A stretch of 64,000 nt of DNA from Opitutales bacterium. Its GTDB lineage: Bacteria; Verrucomicrobiota; Verrucomicrobiia; Opitutales; JABSRG01. Where the stretch lies: positions 29,909 to 93,908 of the forward strand of contig JBMYOQ010000010.1 in assembly GCA_049599475.1 (NCBI GenBank), given 5' to 3'. Under the pieces are notes generated by a model. It did not search any database and was not told the DNA's origin. It saw only the letters and a program-made list of their open reading frames with translations. A program made the position numbers and the translations under genes. Of this stretch, positions 1 through 9,989 are shown one piece after another (within the stretch, counting starts at the first letter, position 1; every line of letters starts with the position of its first letter).

Positions 1-1251
1 CAGATAATAGGGCAGCGCTAAGCGGCTAATAATAAAATCGTCTAGCTGTCCATAAAAGTAGACTAATAGTACAAAAAAGTGAAGGACCAGAAATCCCCCC
101 CAAGCCAACATTATCACATCAACACCATCATCACGTCGCCCAGACCCAACAACTCTAAACATCATACCAATACATCCAATTATCCCAATACAGCCCACGA
201 TTGCTACGAATAGAGAATTTGCTAAAACGTCACCTGTGTGAAAAAAGTAGCGAAAAGCATGTCCTAAATTAGGCAATATATATTCGAGCGAAAATGGTCG
301 CACAACGCCCTCATGCCCCCACATCTGCCAATTTAAAGAATTCTCTCCAAAAACTTGATACCGCCACAAATAAGGAATCAACAAAATAGGCGAAATCAAA
401 AGTATTGGAGATAAGAATACTTTTTGATCCCTTATCCACAAAACTAGAATCATAGCCCCCGCCAAGAAAATGATTAATACCGATTCATAGCGCGTATAAG
501 CAGTGAGAACTGCAATAAAACACAAACTGTCCTGAGACAGGCGGTCTCTGCACTCAAAATGCTGCCAACATAATAAAAAAGTAGACAAGATTAGAAGAAG
601 ATTAAGAGTTTCAAACCCTGCGCCATTCACCGTTCTTGAAAATTCCGGTATACCAACCCACAATACCACGATAGATATACCCGCAAAAATTCCACCAATT
701 CGACAACCCGCATAAAACAGGAGACAGATAAATATCCATCCTAGGAAGGCATTCAGAATGAATGCGTTTTCGATAGAATAACCAAATGCGTGGTGAATCC
801 ACGATAATAGATATGCGAAAAGTTGAGGGCGCTTATCTACAAAACTATTTAAAACAAATCGCTCCCCATTTACTCGATACACATGATCAGGTGTAGCAGA
901 TTGCTTTGATTCAAAAATCATTCTAGACGCCCCCACCTGAACAGGCTCATCCATTAGAATCTTATATTCATCACGCTCAAAGAGTTGAGTCGCACCCCAC
1001 GCCAATGAACATATAAAAACTGAAAGAGCTACCTTGCGCCCTCCCCCCTTCCAGCTTCCCGAAAACCTCCTAATACTCAAGATCCCTAAAACACATGCTA
1101 AAATCAGCATTGCCGAGAAAAACCAGAAATCTATATACCGCGCATACTCAGCCCCCACACCTTTCGACCTAACCCAGCCAAACCAAATACTAAACAGACC
1201 AACTACAAACATTGGCCACATCTTCAACAATTCCCTAAGAACTGATTTCAT
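1..1251 (-). CDS. GT-C-like polytopic membrane glycosyltransferase, partial (runs off window start; not in ORF track)
   Basis: Manual translation from ATG 1251 (ATGA overlap with the methyltransferase stop): MKSVLRELLKMWPMF...YKILMDEPVQVGASRMIF...VDKRPQLFAYLLSWIHHAFGYSIENAFILN...AYTRYES. These motifs are shared with the 4686-6476 and 6554-8302 proteins. Confidence 0.8.
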   Translation of the reverse strand, partial: MKSVLRELLKMWPMFVVGLFSIWFGWVRSKGVGAEYARYIDFWFFSAMLILACVLGILSIRRFSGSWKGGGRKVALSVFICSLAWGATQLFERDEYKILMDEPVQVGASRMIFESKQSATPDHVYRVNGERFVLNSFVDKRPQLFAYLLSWIHHAFGYSIENAFILNAFLGWIFICLLFYAGCRIGGIFAGISIVVLWVGIPEFSRTVNGAGFETLNLLLILSTFLLCWQHFECRDRLSQDSLCFIAVLTAYTRYESVLIIFLAGAMILVLWIRDQKVFLSPILLISPILLIPYLWRYQVFGENSLNWQMWGHEGVVRPFSLEYILPNLGHAFRYFFHTGDVLANSLFVAIVGCIGIIGCIGMMFRVVGSGRRDDGVDVIMLAWGGFLVLHFFVLLVYFYGQLDDFIISRLALPYYL

Positions 1252-2075
1252 CTAGACCTAGGCTTTCGAGCAAATACACCCATATTCCAACTCAGCCACC
1301 TAAGGCCAGGAATCCGCAACAAACATTGATCCAACCAAGCGAAAGGCAACCACCACCGCAAAGATTTAGCTGACTCTTCATAAATGCATTTCCAATACCT
1401 AACTTCATTGGGATTTTTCTTATCCCAAAAATAATATTTTAGAAACAGAACAAGAGACGTTAGCCAGAAAAATCGAGTTCGAACCTCCCCGAAGTACTCC
1501 CGCAATAAGGCCAAATCACGAAAGCCAAGTGGCTGTTCATCTTCGGATCGAACATTCGATGCAATTTTTCGATAAACATTAATTGCCGGATTATAACGCA
1601 CAGGATCCCAACTACAAAAAACACCATCAGGCTTCAAAAGCCGAACCACTCCATTGTAAAAGCTTTGGGCATCACTTAGATGGTGTATAACATTTGCCGC
1701 ATATATTATATCATAATGGGCAGGGTTCAGCTCCAAGGTTTCCGCTGCTCCCAGCGCAGTCTCAATCTCGACTCCATAATGCCTTGCGAGCGCTTTTGAA
1801 AATTCGAGCATCTGCGGTGAGAGGTCACTCGCCGTGACAATAGCACCCTTTGAAGCAAAATACACAGCGGATTCCCCCAAACCACAACCTAGATCCAAGA
1901 CCCTTTTTCCCTGAACATTCCCGAGCTGCCGAAAAATCCACTTATTCTCGAATGCTGCAGGTCCTTCAAAAATATTCTCCAATTGGATACTCTCAACGCG
2001 CATACCATGGGCCCAGTCATCATGAAATACTCTCTCACGTTCCAGTCGGTTTTGATTCAGCCTACCTTTACTCAT
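1248..2075 (-). CDS. Class I SAM-dependent methyltransferase
   Basis: VLDLGCGLG motif I, DLSPQM, YAANVIHHL, LKPDG. Confidence 0.9.
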   Translation of the reverse strand: MSKGRLNQNRLERERVFHDDWAHGMRVESIQLENIFEGPAAFENKWIFRQLGNVQGKRVLDLGCGLGESAVYFASKGAIVTASDLSPQMLEFSKALARHYGVEIETALGAAETLELNPAHYDIIYAANVIHHLSDAQSFYNGVVRLLKPDGVFCSWDPVRYNPAINVYRKIASNVRSEDEQPLGFRDLALLREYFGEVRTRFFWLTSLVLFLKYYFWDKKNPNEVRYWKCIYEESAKSLRWWLPFAWLDQCLLRIPGLRWLSWNMGVFARKPRSR

Positions 2076-3051
2076 TTTCCAAAGGTTTCGAATGAACGGA
2101 TTCCTTCAGAATGTACCAAGGCCTAGCCTTAAGAGCCTCGTATATTCGGCTAACATATTCCCCGACAATTCCTAGTCCGAGCAATATCATTCCCCCTATT
2201 AGCGAAAGCAGTACGATCAAAGAAGGCCAACCTTTCACCGTATCTCCAAGAACATACCATCTTCCGACAACATAGACACCATATCCGAAGCCCATCAGAC
2301 CAATGAACACGCCTGCCAGAGTAATTATCCGGATAGGTAAAGCAGAGAAGGAAAGGACACCGTTCAGGGCGAAACCAAGCATTTTTATTAATGAGAACTT
2401 CGTAATCCCGTGTGTTCGAACAGGCCTATCGAAATAGACTCCCGTTTGAGGGAATCCCATCCAAGCAAACATACCACGCAGGAACCTATCTCGCTCCGGC
2501 ATCATCTCCAGGACATGCAGGCACCGCCTAGAAATGAGGCGAAAATCACCCGCATCTGCAGGCAGATCTGGATGAATAAAAAGACGCATAAACCGATAAA
2601 AAAACCAGGCTGTGGCACGCTTAAACATGGATTCTCCTACTCTTTTCCGACGGATCCCGTAAACAATATCGAACCCAGAATTATAAGCATTCACCATTTC
2701 AAAAATCACCTCGAGAGGATCCTGCAAATCTGCATCAAGTGTGACTACAGCATCCCCTCTCGCGAAATCCAAACCTGCAGATAGAGCCGATTGATGCCCA
2801 AAATTTCTACTAAACGAATACAAACGAATACACTCATCTCGCTCTGCCCACGCAGTCAGAAGCGAAAAGCTGTCGTCTTCAGAGCCGTCATCAACAAAAA
2901 TAATCTCAAGGTTAAACGGGAGGTCTCGCCTCCACTCTGCAAGGGCAACCTCCAAATGCGGAATGACACCCTCTTCATTGTAGATCGGAAATACTAATGA
3001 CAGGAGCTCTATGTTTGGCCTATCGAGGATTCTTTGAGATTTTGAATTCAC
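2068..3051 (-). CDS. GT2 polyprenyl-phosphate glycosyltransferase (GtrB/ArnC/DPM1-like) with two C-terminal TM helices
   Basis: FPIYNEE, VDDGSED, SRNFGHQSAL, DADLQDP, GDFRLISR; C-terminal TMs ending GEYVSRIY..K.RP.Y. Confidence 0.92.
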   Translation of the reverse strand: MNSKSQRILDRPNIELLSLVFPIYNEEGVIPHLEVALAEWRRDLPFNLEIIFVDDGSEDDSFSLLTAWAERDECIRLYSFSRNFGHQSALSAGLDFARGDAVVTLDADLQDPLEVIFEMVNAYNSGFDIVYGIRRKRVGESMFKRATAWFFYRFMRLFIHPDLPADAGDFRLISRRCLHVLEMMPERDRFLRGMFAWMGFPQTGVYFDRPVRTHGITKFSLIKMLGFALNGVLSFSALPIRIITLAGVFIGLMGFGYGVYVVGRWYVLGDTVKGWPSLIVLLSLIGGMILLGLGIVGEYVSRIYEALKARPWYILKESVHSKPLENE

Positions 3052-3068
3052 ATTCAGGAGAATATTGA

Positions 3069-4667
3069 TTAATCGACAGCTTCAGTAACTACATCATTCT
3101 TTCTTGGAGCAAAAACTAATATTTTGTTTTGGCCACGCCCAAATTGATCACGGTGCCTGAAATATAGAAAATAAACGGGTATGTCTATGGAACCGACCAA
3201 TTTATAAGATTCACTGAGAGTTGGCATAACCTTCGTATATTCGATAAAGTTCCTTCGATTGTGCACGGGGGATAAAAAGATAAAATCATAGTGTTTATCC
3301 GAAAGCGCCATTCTCTGGATTTTCTCGTATCGCTCAATCAATTCCGAATATGGGCCAGTCCGCTCCAAATTAAAATTGATCAAATACTCAGCCTGCCCAT
3401 TATCAACCAGCTCAGCGTCCTTCGCTACCCTAGACAAAGGCTCAAGTACCGGATCTAACAATACTTTAGATTCCAGCGTCATTGCCAAAAATTTTGGAAA
3501 TTCTGAAGTCTTCGGATTGCGGGGAATTTGTGCCAGCAACACCAGCGCATTAGTGATTAAAAGAAGGCACTTCCATCCCGCAAACAATAAAGCACCCGAG
3601 GAAAATACGGATATTAACAAGGGTGGCAGCAGAAGGTGGAGGAAATAGATCAGAAAAGCCCCGCCATGCCAGCCAAGAGAGGAGAGTAAAGCTGCGGCCG
3701 CTACAATCGTCATAAAACGATCAAACCCAATCGCCTTCTGAAAAACAGAGGCATCACCGAAATAGAGGCGCAGCGGGGAAAGCCGAAATTTTTTAAAGCA
3801 CTTATACGGGAAATTGAGAAAAAAAATTAAAATCGGAAAGAAGAATAGGCTCCCAAAAGCCAAGCACTGCCTAACAAGTTCTCCCAATACCCGCGTCGTA
3901 TATCCAGCGTGTATGGCGAACACTGAATGAAAATATGCCGGCCACAAATCATTGATAAATAGCCCCCCTAAAACTGTGATGCCAAGCGTAAACAGCGCAG
4001 CCAGCAATGCTCTCCGAGGAGATACAAACAGATAAACGTACGTAAGGACCGAAGGAATAATAAGTACTACATAGGGTTTCGTGAGAAGTCCTAGAAACCC
4101 AAGAAGAACAACGACCATAATCTCACCAATCGAAAAGGAACTTCTTAAAGCAAAGGCAATTCCTGCTATATAAAGTAAAACAGCCAAACTGTCTGGGCCT
4201 GCAGCGATAGACGGAGAGCCAACCATCCCAACGTAATACAAAATCGCGCCCCAAAGCCCGCACATAACACCAGCCCTAAAAGCGACTATAAATCCAATTA
4301 GGACACTCCCAATAAGTATAAAAATCCCGACAAGTATTCGCTGTGTCAAATACGGGTCATTCTGATGCAGGGATCCAGATAGAGAAACAACAAGCGGGTA
4401 TATAGGTCCATATAAATTTGTGAATTGGGGTAAAGAATCCGTAGAATACATTGCTGGAGCTTCCGGTTCGAGCAAACCTTCAACGATCAATATAAATGAG
4501 GATTCTCTCGGCGTTAAAGGCCAGAACTCATCGACCACTCCAAAGTGAAGTCTTGAATAAAGAGAAAACAAAAGAAGCAATACGGAAACCACGAGCCAAC
4601 GAGACAACAATCGCAAGCTGCCATTATTGAGAATACTAGCTATCTTTCTCATTGTGCTCTTATGCAC
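3069..4667 (-). CDS. Polytopic membrane protein, probable GT-C-fold glycosyltransferase
   Basis: About 10 hydrophobic helices, N-terminal loop with NLYGPIYP, GPDSLA, LTKPY, soluble C-terminal domain; located among GT genes. Confidence 0.6.
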   Translation of the reverse strand: MHKSTMRKIASILNNGSLRLLSRWLVVSVLLLLFSLYSRLHFGVVDEFWPLTPRESSFILIVEGLLEPEAPAMYSTDSLPQFTNLYGPIYPLVVSLSGSLHQNDPYLTQRILVGIFILIGSVLIGFIVAFRAGVMCGLWGAILYYVGMVGSPSIAAGPDSLAVLLYIAGIAFALRSSFSIGEIMVVVLLGFLGLLTKPYVVLIIPSVLTYVYLFVSPRRALLAALFTLGITVLGGLFINDLWPAYFHSVFAIHAGYTTRVLGELVRQCLAFGSLFFFPILIFFLNFPYKCFKKFRLSPLRLYFGDASVFQKAIGFDRFMTIVAAAALLSSLGWHGGAFLIYFLHLLLPPLLISVFSSGALLFAGWKCLLLITNALVLLAQIPRNPKTSEFPKFLAMTLESKVLLDPVLEPLSRVAKDAELVDNGQAEYLINFNLERTGPYSELIERYEKIQRMALSDKHYDFIFLSPVHNRRNFIEYTKVMPTLSESYKLVGSIDIPVYFLYFRHRDQFGRGQNKILVFAPRKNDVVTEAVD

Positions 4668-4685
4668 CTCGATTCATATGAGCTC

Positions 4686-6476
4686 TCAATTTCCCTCAGA
4701 GACATAAGATACAATAAATTGGTGCAAGAAATAGTTATCGGGCAATGGAACAGGATCGCGATTTTTTTTAACATTAACAGAAGGCCCTAACTCCGGCAAG
4801 GTATCAACCAAAGATGGGCTAATCGCGAAAACGATAAGTTCATCCCCTTTATCAATCCGTCTGCTAAGACTCGCCCAACTTTGGGATGAGGCGGGTATAG
4901 GATAGCTAGGGAAACCGGCCATATAAGCCGCCTGAGGAAAATGGGTATAGACACGCTTCGAAGCCAATTTCTCAACATCTTCAAGAGTTTCAAGCATGGC
5001 TATTACTGCCATGCGTTCAACATAACTCGTCATCGCATCAGGTTCTTTAACTCGAGGCCCGACTTGAAAGACTATGGAAAGCGCGCACAAGAGGATCATA
5101 AGCATCTGCGCGCGGCGACTCGCTAAGATGCCAGACACGGGAACAAGAAGACACGCCATAAGGAAAAAGGGCAGGCTCAAACGGCTAACCACCGGATCCG
5201 TCCAATCACCCCAAAAATAGAATAGCAAAAGCATGACACCCAATAACACTCCTACAGAGACAGACATAAACGCAATGCTGACTGAAGAGAGCTGCTGACT
5301 TATCCTGGGCCTTCGTAAAAAGAAACTTCGAAAGAGATAGATAATGGCCATCGAAGCTACTATGCTCATTATCGGGGAGCTGCCTGCTCCCTCTATCCTA
5401 TCAAATGTGAACTCAAACATCGATTTCAGATTCTCATAGAAATGACTTGGGCTGAATAAATCGTCCTGCGCAACTCCTGATTTCATATATGCTCCTCCAT
5501 CCGTCTGTTGCGCCAAGCGATAAGCCCACGCAAGGGGCAAACACAAAAATGGAATAAAAAGCAAATACAGAGGAAATAATAATCTTCGATTTCGTATCCA
5601 CCCTACAATGACTAACACTATACAAGAGAGGACGTAAAAAGCACTCTCGTAACGAGTATGCGCAAGCAAAACTCCCACAAACAGCATACCGCTCAAATCA
5701 AGCGCACGCCCTTTTGTCAGCCAACTTTCTCCCAAAAGTATCAGCATCAATATTCCTGCTAGATTTAAAAGCTCTGCCCCACCCCCAAGGGATGCTAAAA
5801 AATATAGCGGAAAAGTTGCCCAGAGCAGGGCGGTAGCAAGAGCTCCAAGAACATTTCTACAGATGTGAAATGCGACAGCATAAACCAATAAAACAACTGT
5901 CAGCCCTAACAGAAAGTTAAGTACAAAGACATTCTGATAGTTATAGCCAAACAGAGCATGAATGGATGCCAAAAGAACCGGCATAGCCAGAGGCCTTTTG
6001 TCTGGCTTAATCTCTTGAATCACCAATTCTCCTTCTTCCCAATCACTGTAAATTGGGATCCCAGCTTGATCCTCAAAATATATCGCAGAAGCAGTAGCGG
6101 AGATTACAGGCTCATCGTTAATAATATTAAAACTTGGTGTGTTTAATTTGTAAATACACACATAACCAAGTAACAAAATCGAACCCGACAAAAAGTGATA
6201 TTTAAAACTATCATAAAATCTAATCACCCCCCCCATCTTTGATGCCCACTGAAAAACCAGGGACCCTATTAAGGCAATTGCAGCCATGTAAACGAGAGCC
6301 ACGACATCATCCGATAACTCCAAAAAAAGCTGCTCCAGCCTACCTGAATCCAACGCAAAAAATCCGTAATAAATTCCCCCCAAAGCTGCAACTGCGAACA
6401 GCGAAAGCGATAAGTGAACAGCCGGAATAAACGTCCACTTCTTGACGGAATCTCGGCGATCATACCCCCTATTCAT
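4686..6476 (-). CDS. GT-C-like (PMT/ArnT-like) membrane glycosyltransferase
   Basis: Multi-TM; IINDEP acidic loop motif, DKRP, GGGAE, HTRYES, YFWGDW..P..SRLSLP. Confidence 0.72.
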   Translation of the reverse strand: MNRGYDRRDSVKKWTFIPAVHLSLSLFAVAALGGIYYGFFALDSGRLEQLFLELSDDVVALVYMAAIALIGSLVFQWASKMGGVIRFYDSFKYHFLSGSILLLGYVCIYKLNTPSFNIINDEPVISATASAIYFEDQAGIPIYSDWEEGELVIQEIKPDKRPLAMPVLLASIHALFGYNYQNVFVLNFLLGLTVVLLVYAVAFHICRNVLGALATALLWATFPLYFLASLGGGAELLNLAGILMLILLGESWLTKGRALDLSGMLFVGVLLAHTRYESAFYVLSCIVLVIVGWIRNRRLLFPLYLLFIPFLCLPLAWAYRLAQQTDGGAYMKSGVAQDDLFSPSHFYENLKSMFEFTFDRIEGAGSSPIMSIVASMAIIYLFRSFFLRRPRISQQLSSVSIAFMSVSVGVLLGVMLLLFYFWGDWTDPVVSRLSLPFFLMACLLVPVSGILASRRAQMLMILLCALSIVFQVGPRVKEPDAMTSYVERMAVIAMLETLEDVEKLASKRVYTHFPQAAYMAGFPSYPIPASSQSWASLSRRIDKGDELIVFAISPSLVDTLPELGPSVNVKKNRDPVPLPDNYFLHQFIVSYVSEGN

Positions 6477-6553
6477 ACAATTATGTCAATATTTCAGTTT
6501 TCGACAGCAACAGACAAGTTTCGCAATAGCCAATAACGGAGACACCGATTTCA

Positions 6554-8302
6554 CTACACCGAGGGCACCCAAGAAGTGATTTTACTGACCATGATCCGCG
6601 AATAACCAGGTCTATCAATTCGCTCGAAAATCGGCTCCAAAGTTACACGCTCCGGTAGACTATGCGAGTCCTTTGGCCGCCAAATTTCAGAATTTCGGTC
6701 ATATACCTCTTCCTGAAAAACCACTACAGGAAATGCTCTATCTTCAACGATCGGAATCAATATGGATTCATAATCAGCCCATTTAGACAAGTCCACTACA
6801 CGCCTGCGCTGCAGCATTGCAGGAGTGGTAGCATAGTCCAAATAAACCGTTGAATCAGGCAACCTCGCAAATGCCTCCAGTCTCACCTCAGACCAAACAA
6901 GACCGACATAAGAATTCTCCATAGCGTGGGTAATGTTTTTGGGTAATGTTGATGAAGCGATAAAACCTGCAAAGACGAACGACAAAAATTTCCATTCTCG
7001 CTTCTTAAAATGCAGAAGAAATCCAGCAAGGCACATACTCAGCGCAAATGCTAAGTTCAATGGCAATGAAAACCTTGCGGTTTCATAACTCGTCCATTCC
7101 CCCCAAAAGTAGCTAAGAAAAATAAGGGTCAACCCAAGAAGCCCTACTATCGAAACGAGCATGATAGTGTTCTTGGCCGAATAATCAAAACGCCGAGACA
7201 CTACCTGGACAAATATTGCTAAAAGACTGAGAATACCCAAGCCCGAGAGAAGCGCGGAGTTTGAAAAGGTCATCGATATCGAAAACAAATACTCGAGCGC
7301 TGCTCTTCCATTGGGAAGCAGATGGGAGATAGCAAAAGGGGCCTCGTGGCTTGACCCGTCGCGTGTGAAAATCTGCGGATTGGCCAGGATCAACCGATGT
7401 AGCCAGGCGATGGGGATACAGAAGAGAGGAATCAGAATCGATATGAAAGAAATTCGCCAATTATTTGAACGCCATAGCCATATCAGAAAGGGTGCGATTA
7501 TAAAAATCGACACCACAGTCTCATATCGGGTTTGCCATAAAAGAACGGCCGCACTCATAAGTACAGATTGGTGCAAACGGTTATCGCCACGTAGTCTTAC
7601 TGAATCCAAACTCAACAGGATCAATAATGCTATCAGCACGAGTGAAAGGAGATCAAATCCACCAGCACTCGCTAAGTCATAAAGCAGGGGCAAGCTACCG
7701 ATCGCCAGAAGCACAGCTACTCCAACCACCTCAGACCCCGTCAAACTCTTTCCTATTAAGAAGACTAGGACCAAAAAAAGGACGGCAAGTATTTTATTTA
7801 CCCAAAAACTGTTTTCAGCCCGAAAACCTGTTAGATCATGGGCGATCGAAACAAGGAACGGGTAAGCAAGCGGACGCTTATCAATTCTATTTTCAACAAT
7901 AGTCCACTCTCCACCCTGGGGCAACGCCACGACACCGTAGCCAATTGAGCGTCTCTCATGCATGGTTTGAGCGACAGAGCCCAATAGCGTCTCGTCATAG
8001 AGAATCTTAAAACGACTCGGCCGCGTAAGGCTCATAACCGCGACCAAGCTGATCGCAATAAAAAGAGCCATGCCTAAGACTCCGTACATTTGCTTCCAGC
8101 CTTTTAAGTGCCTTTTAAAGATGAGAGAACAGAGACAAGCTACAAAACAAAACGACGCTGTCGCGATAGAGTAATATCCGTATTTTGAGAGGAGACTACC
8201 AAATCGCTGCTCTGACCCCCAAAAAAAGCCAAGCCAGATTGCCAAAGTTGACGATATAACAAAACCATAAATAACAGGGTTTGATCGGAAGTACGCTCTC
8301 AT
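6554..8302 (-). CDS. GT-C-like membrane glycosyltransferase directly downstream of the pilin
   Basis: ILYDET, DKRP, AGGFD, QTRYET, YFWGEW...ARFSLP. The ORF-track TTG at 8341 lies inside the pilin terminator, so ATG 8302 is preferred. Confidence 0.72.
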   Translation of the reverse strand: MRAYFRSNPVIYGFVISSTLAIWLGFFWGSEQRFGSLLSKYGYYSIATASFCFVACLCSLIFKRHLKGWKQMYGVLGMALFIAISLVAVMSLTRPSRFKILYDETLLGSVAQTMHERRSIGYGVVALPQGGEWTIVENRIDKRPLAYPFLVSIAHDLTGFRAENSFWVNKILAVLFLVLVFLIGKSLTGSEVVGVAVLLAIGSLPLLYDLASAGGFDLLSLVLIALLILLSLDSVRLRGDNRLHQSVLMSAAVLLWQTRYETVVSIFIIAPFLIWLWRSNNWRISFISILIPLFCIPIAWLHRLILANPQIFTRDGSSHEAPFAISHLLPNGRAALEYLFSISMTFSNSALLSGLGILSLLAIFVQVVSRRFDYSAKNTIMLVSIVGLLGLTLIFLSYFWGEWTSYETARFSLPLNLAFALSMCLAGFLLHFKKREWKFLSFVFAGFIASSTLPKNITHAMENSYVGLVWSEVRLEAFARLPDSTVYLDYATTPAMLQRRRVVDLSKWADYESILIPIVEDRAFPVVVFQEEVYDRNSEIWRPKDSHSLPERVTLEPIFERIDRPGYSRIMVSKITSWVPSV

Positions 8303-8316
8303 CTGAACTGCATACC

Positions 8317-8347
8317 AAAAAAAAGCCGCTTGGCAAAGCAAGCGGCT
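8317..8347 (-). terminator. Intrinsic terminator after pilin gene
   Basis: Minus strand AGCCGCTTG-ctttgc-CAAGCGGCT followed by a T7 tract. Confidence 0.85.
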
Positions 8348-8374
8348 AGTAAAAAATGCGGTTTTCTCGTCCTA

Positions 8375-8710
8375 CTAGTAAGTAAATCTAGCGGTCTGTG
8401 TTCCGTCAGAAGCGGTCAAAGTACCGCCAGTTTGAGAAACAGTTAAACCAGTATAATCTTCGCCAGCGACCGTAGTGATCGGCTGGAAGTAAGTACCTTC
8501 GAGATCTCCATAATCAACAGAATCCAGTCCCTCTTCGAGAATGTATTGCTGTCCAGCTGCCGCGATCTGGCGGAGGTTATTCTCCATAGCGCTCAATCTT
8601 GAATTTTCACGCACCTTATTGAAGGCTGGGATAGCCATCGCTGCGAGGAGGCCGATGATTACGACCACGATCATGATTTCTACGAGTGTGAAACCTTTTT
8701 TGTTCTTCAT
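8375..8710 (-). CDS. Type IV pilin (prepilin N-terminal methylation domain), 111 aa
   Basis: MKNKKG|FTLVEIMIVVVIIGLLAAMAIPAF class III signal with E5; ATG 8710 gives a typical short leader. Confidence 0.92.
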   Translation of the reverse strand: MKNKKGFTLVEIMIVVVIIGLLAAMAIPAFNKVRENSRLSAMENNLRQIAAAGQQYILEEGLDSVDYGDLEGTYFQPITTVAGEDYTGLTVSQTGGTLTASDGTQTARFTY

Positions 8711-8742
8711 GATATTTTTTGGTATTGAATGATTAATGATAT

Positions 8743-8770
8743 ACATCGGACCTGTTGGGCCGATAGCTTA
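8743..8770 (-). promoter_or_regulatory. Possible sigma-28-like promoter of the pilin gene
   Basis: TAAG-N16-TCCGATGT versus the FliA/SigD consensus TAAA-N15/16-GCCGATAA. Confidence 0.4.
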
Positions 8771-8871
8771 AGGCTCTAAGGATATACGGTTTATTCAATT
8801 GAATTCTTAATCCAAAGGGCTTCAGAGCTAAGTTTTTACCTAATTTTTGGAAATTTTTTTCGTTTTTGCCC

Positions 8872-9882
8872 TCAAGATTCGATCAACCGCGCAAAAATCA
8901 TGCGACCGCCTGACGTCGGCAGGATGGAATCCACCGAACAATCAACGGTGTTTCCGATAAGTGCAGAGGCATCTGCCACGACTACCATTGAACCATCTTT
9001 CAAATATCCGATTGCCTGCCCGGAGTCTTTGCCCTCCTTCACTAGATCCACCCTCAGGCCATCACCCACTGCCGTATCTTTCTGAAGAGCAAGAGCCAGT
9101 TCATTGATATTCAGCCAAGAAACTCCCCTCAACTCAGCGATTTTTGCCAGATTATAATCGGTTGTAAGAAGGTGAGCTTTCATGCTGTCGGCGAGAAAGA
9201 GGATCTTTTCCTCGACTTGACTCCCCTTCTCCACAGTGCTGTCAGGAATCGTCAATTCGATGCTCTCATTTTGTCGAATCTGGCCCAAGGCTTCCAAGCC
9301 CCTTCGCCCTCGCTCCTGTCGCTTCAAGTCTTTGGAATCAGAGATTATGTTTAACTCATCGAGAACAAACTGAGGTATGACCAACTTGTATGTCATCCAT
9401 CCCGAGTCGCAAATTTTAGCTAATCTGCCATCGATCAGCGCACTCGTATCCACGACAGCAGTCCTCGTCTCAGTCTTTTCCTGAGTAAAACGCACATAGG
9501 GGATGATCAAATTTATTTCGTCCTTTCCGCGAAGCGCGATGACCGTGCACACATAACTGACTCCACAAAAGAGCACTAATCTCACCATGTAGACCATCGC
9601 ACTTAGGTCACGATCGACCTCCAACGGTTCAAAGAACGGTGAAGTGCCGATCAAATACGAAATCAACGCTCCCAAAAGCAACCCCACCGAAGCGGCTGTA
9701 AGACCCCGAATCGAGAAGCCTTTTAGCAGCAGATCCGTAAGCACGACAAGGAAACCCAACAAGCCAGCTACAATAATAACAATCGCGGCCTCCCAATCTG
9801 GGTTGGAATAAGCCACCAAGGCACCCGCCAACATGCTCAATGCGACGAAAATTACTCGAATAGTGAAGAGAGTCCTACGCAT
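8872..9882 (-). CDS. Membrane PIN/TRAM-domain protein (YacL-like)
   Basis: N-terminal TMs; VDTSALIDGR, RGRRGLE, TTDYNLAK, GYLKDGSMVVV, GRMIFA. Confidence 0.9.
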   Translation of the reverse strand: MRRTLFTIRVIFVALSMLAGALVAYSNPDWEAAIVIIVAGLLGFLVVLTDLLLKGFSIRGLTAASVGLLLGALISYLIGTSPFFEPLEVDRDLSAMVYMVRLVLFCGVSYVCTVIALRGKDEINLIIPYVRFTQEKTETRTAVVDTSALIDGRLAKICDSGWMTYKLVIPQFVLDELNIISDSKDLKRQERGRRGLEALGQIRQNESIELTIPDSTVEKGSQVEEKILFLADSMKAHLLTTDYNLAKIAELRGVSWLNINELALALQKDTAVGDGLRVDLVKEGKDSGQAIGYLKDGSMVVVADASALIGNTVDCSVDSILPTSGGRMIFARLIES

Positions 9883-9989
9883 GAATCATAAACCGCTTTG
9901 CAAACTTGATATCACCTCGCCGAGAGTGAGAAATTATTTTCAAGAGGCAAGCCAAGCATGAGCACGTAAAAAATTCGGGAGACTTAAGT

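Noticed and set aside
8711..8746. Longer pilin leader from ATG 8746
   Set aside because: That ATG lies in the putative -10 element; ATG 8710 gives a canonical leader.
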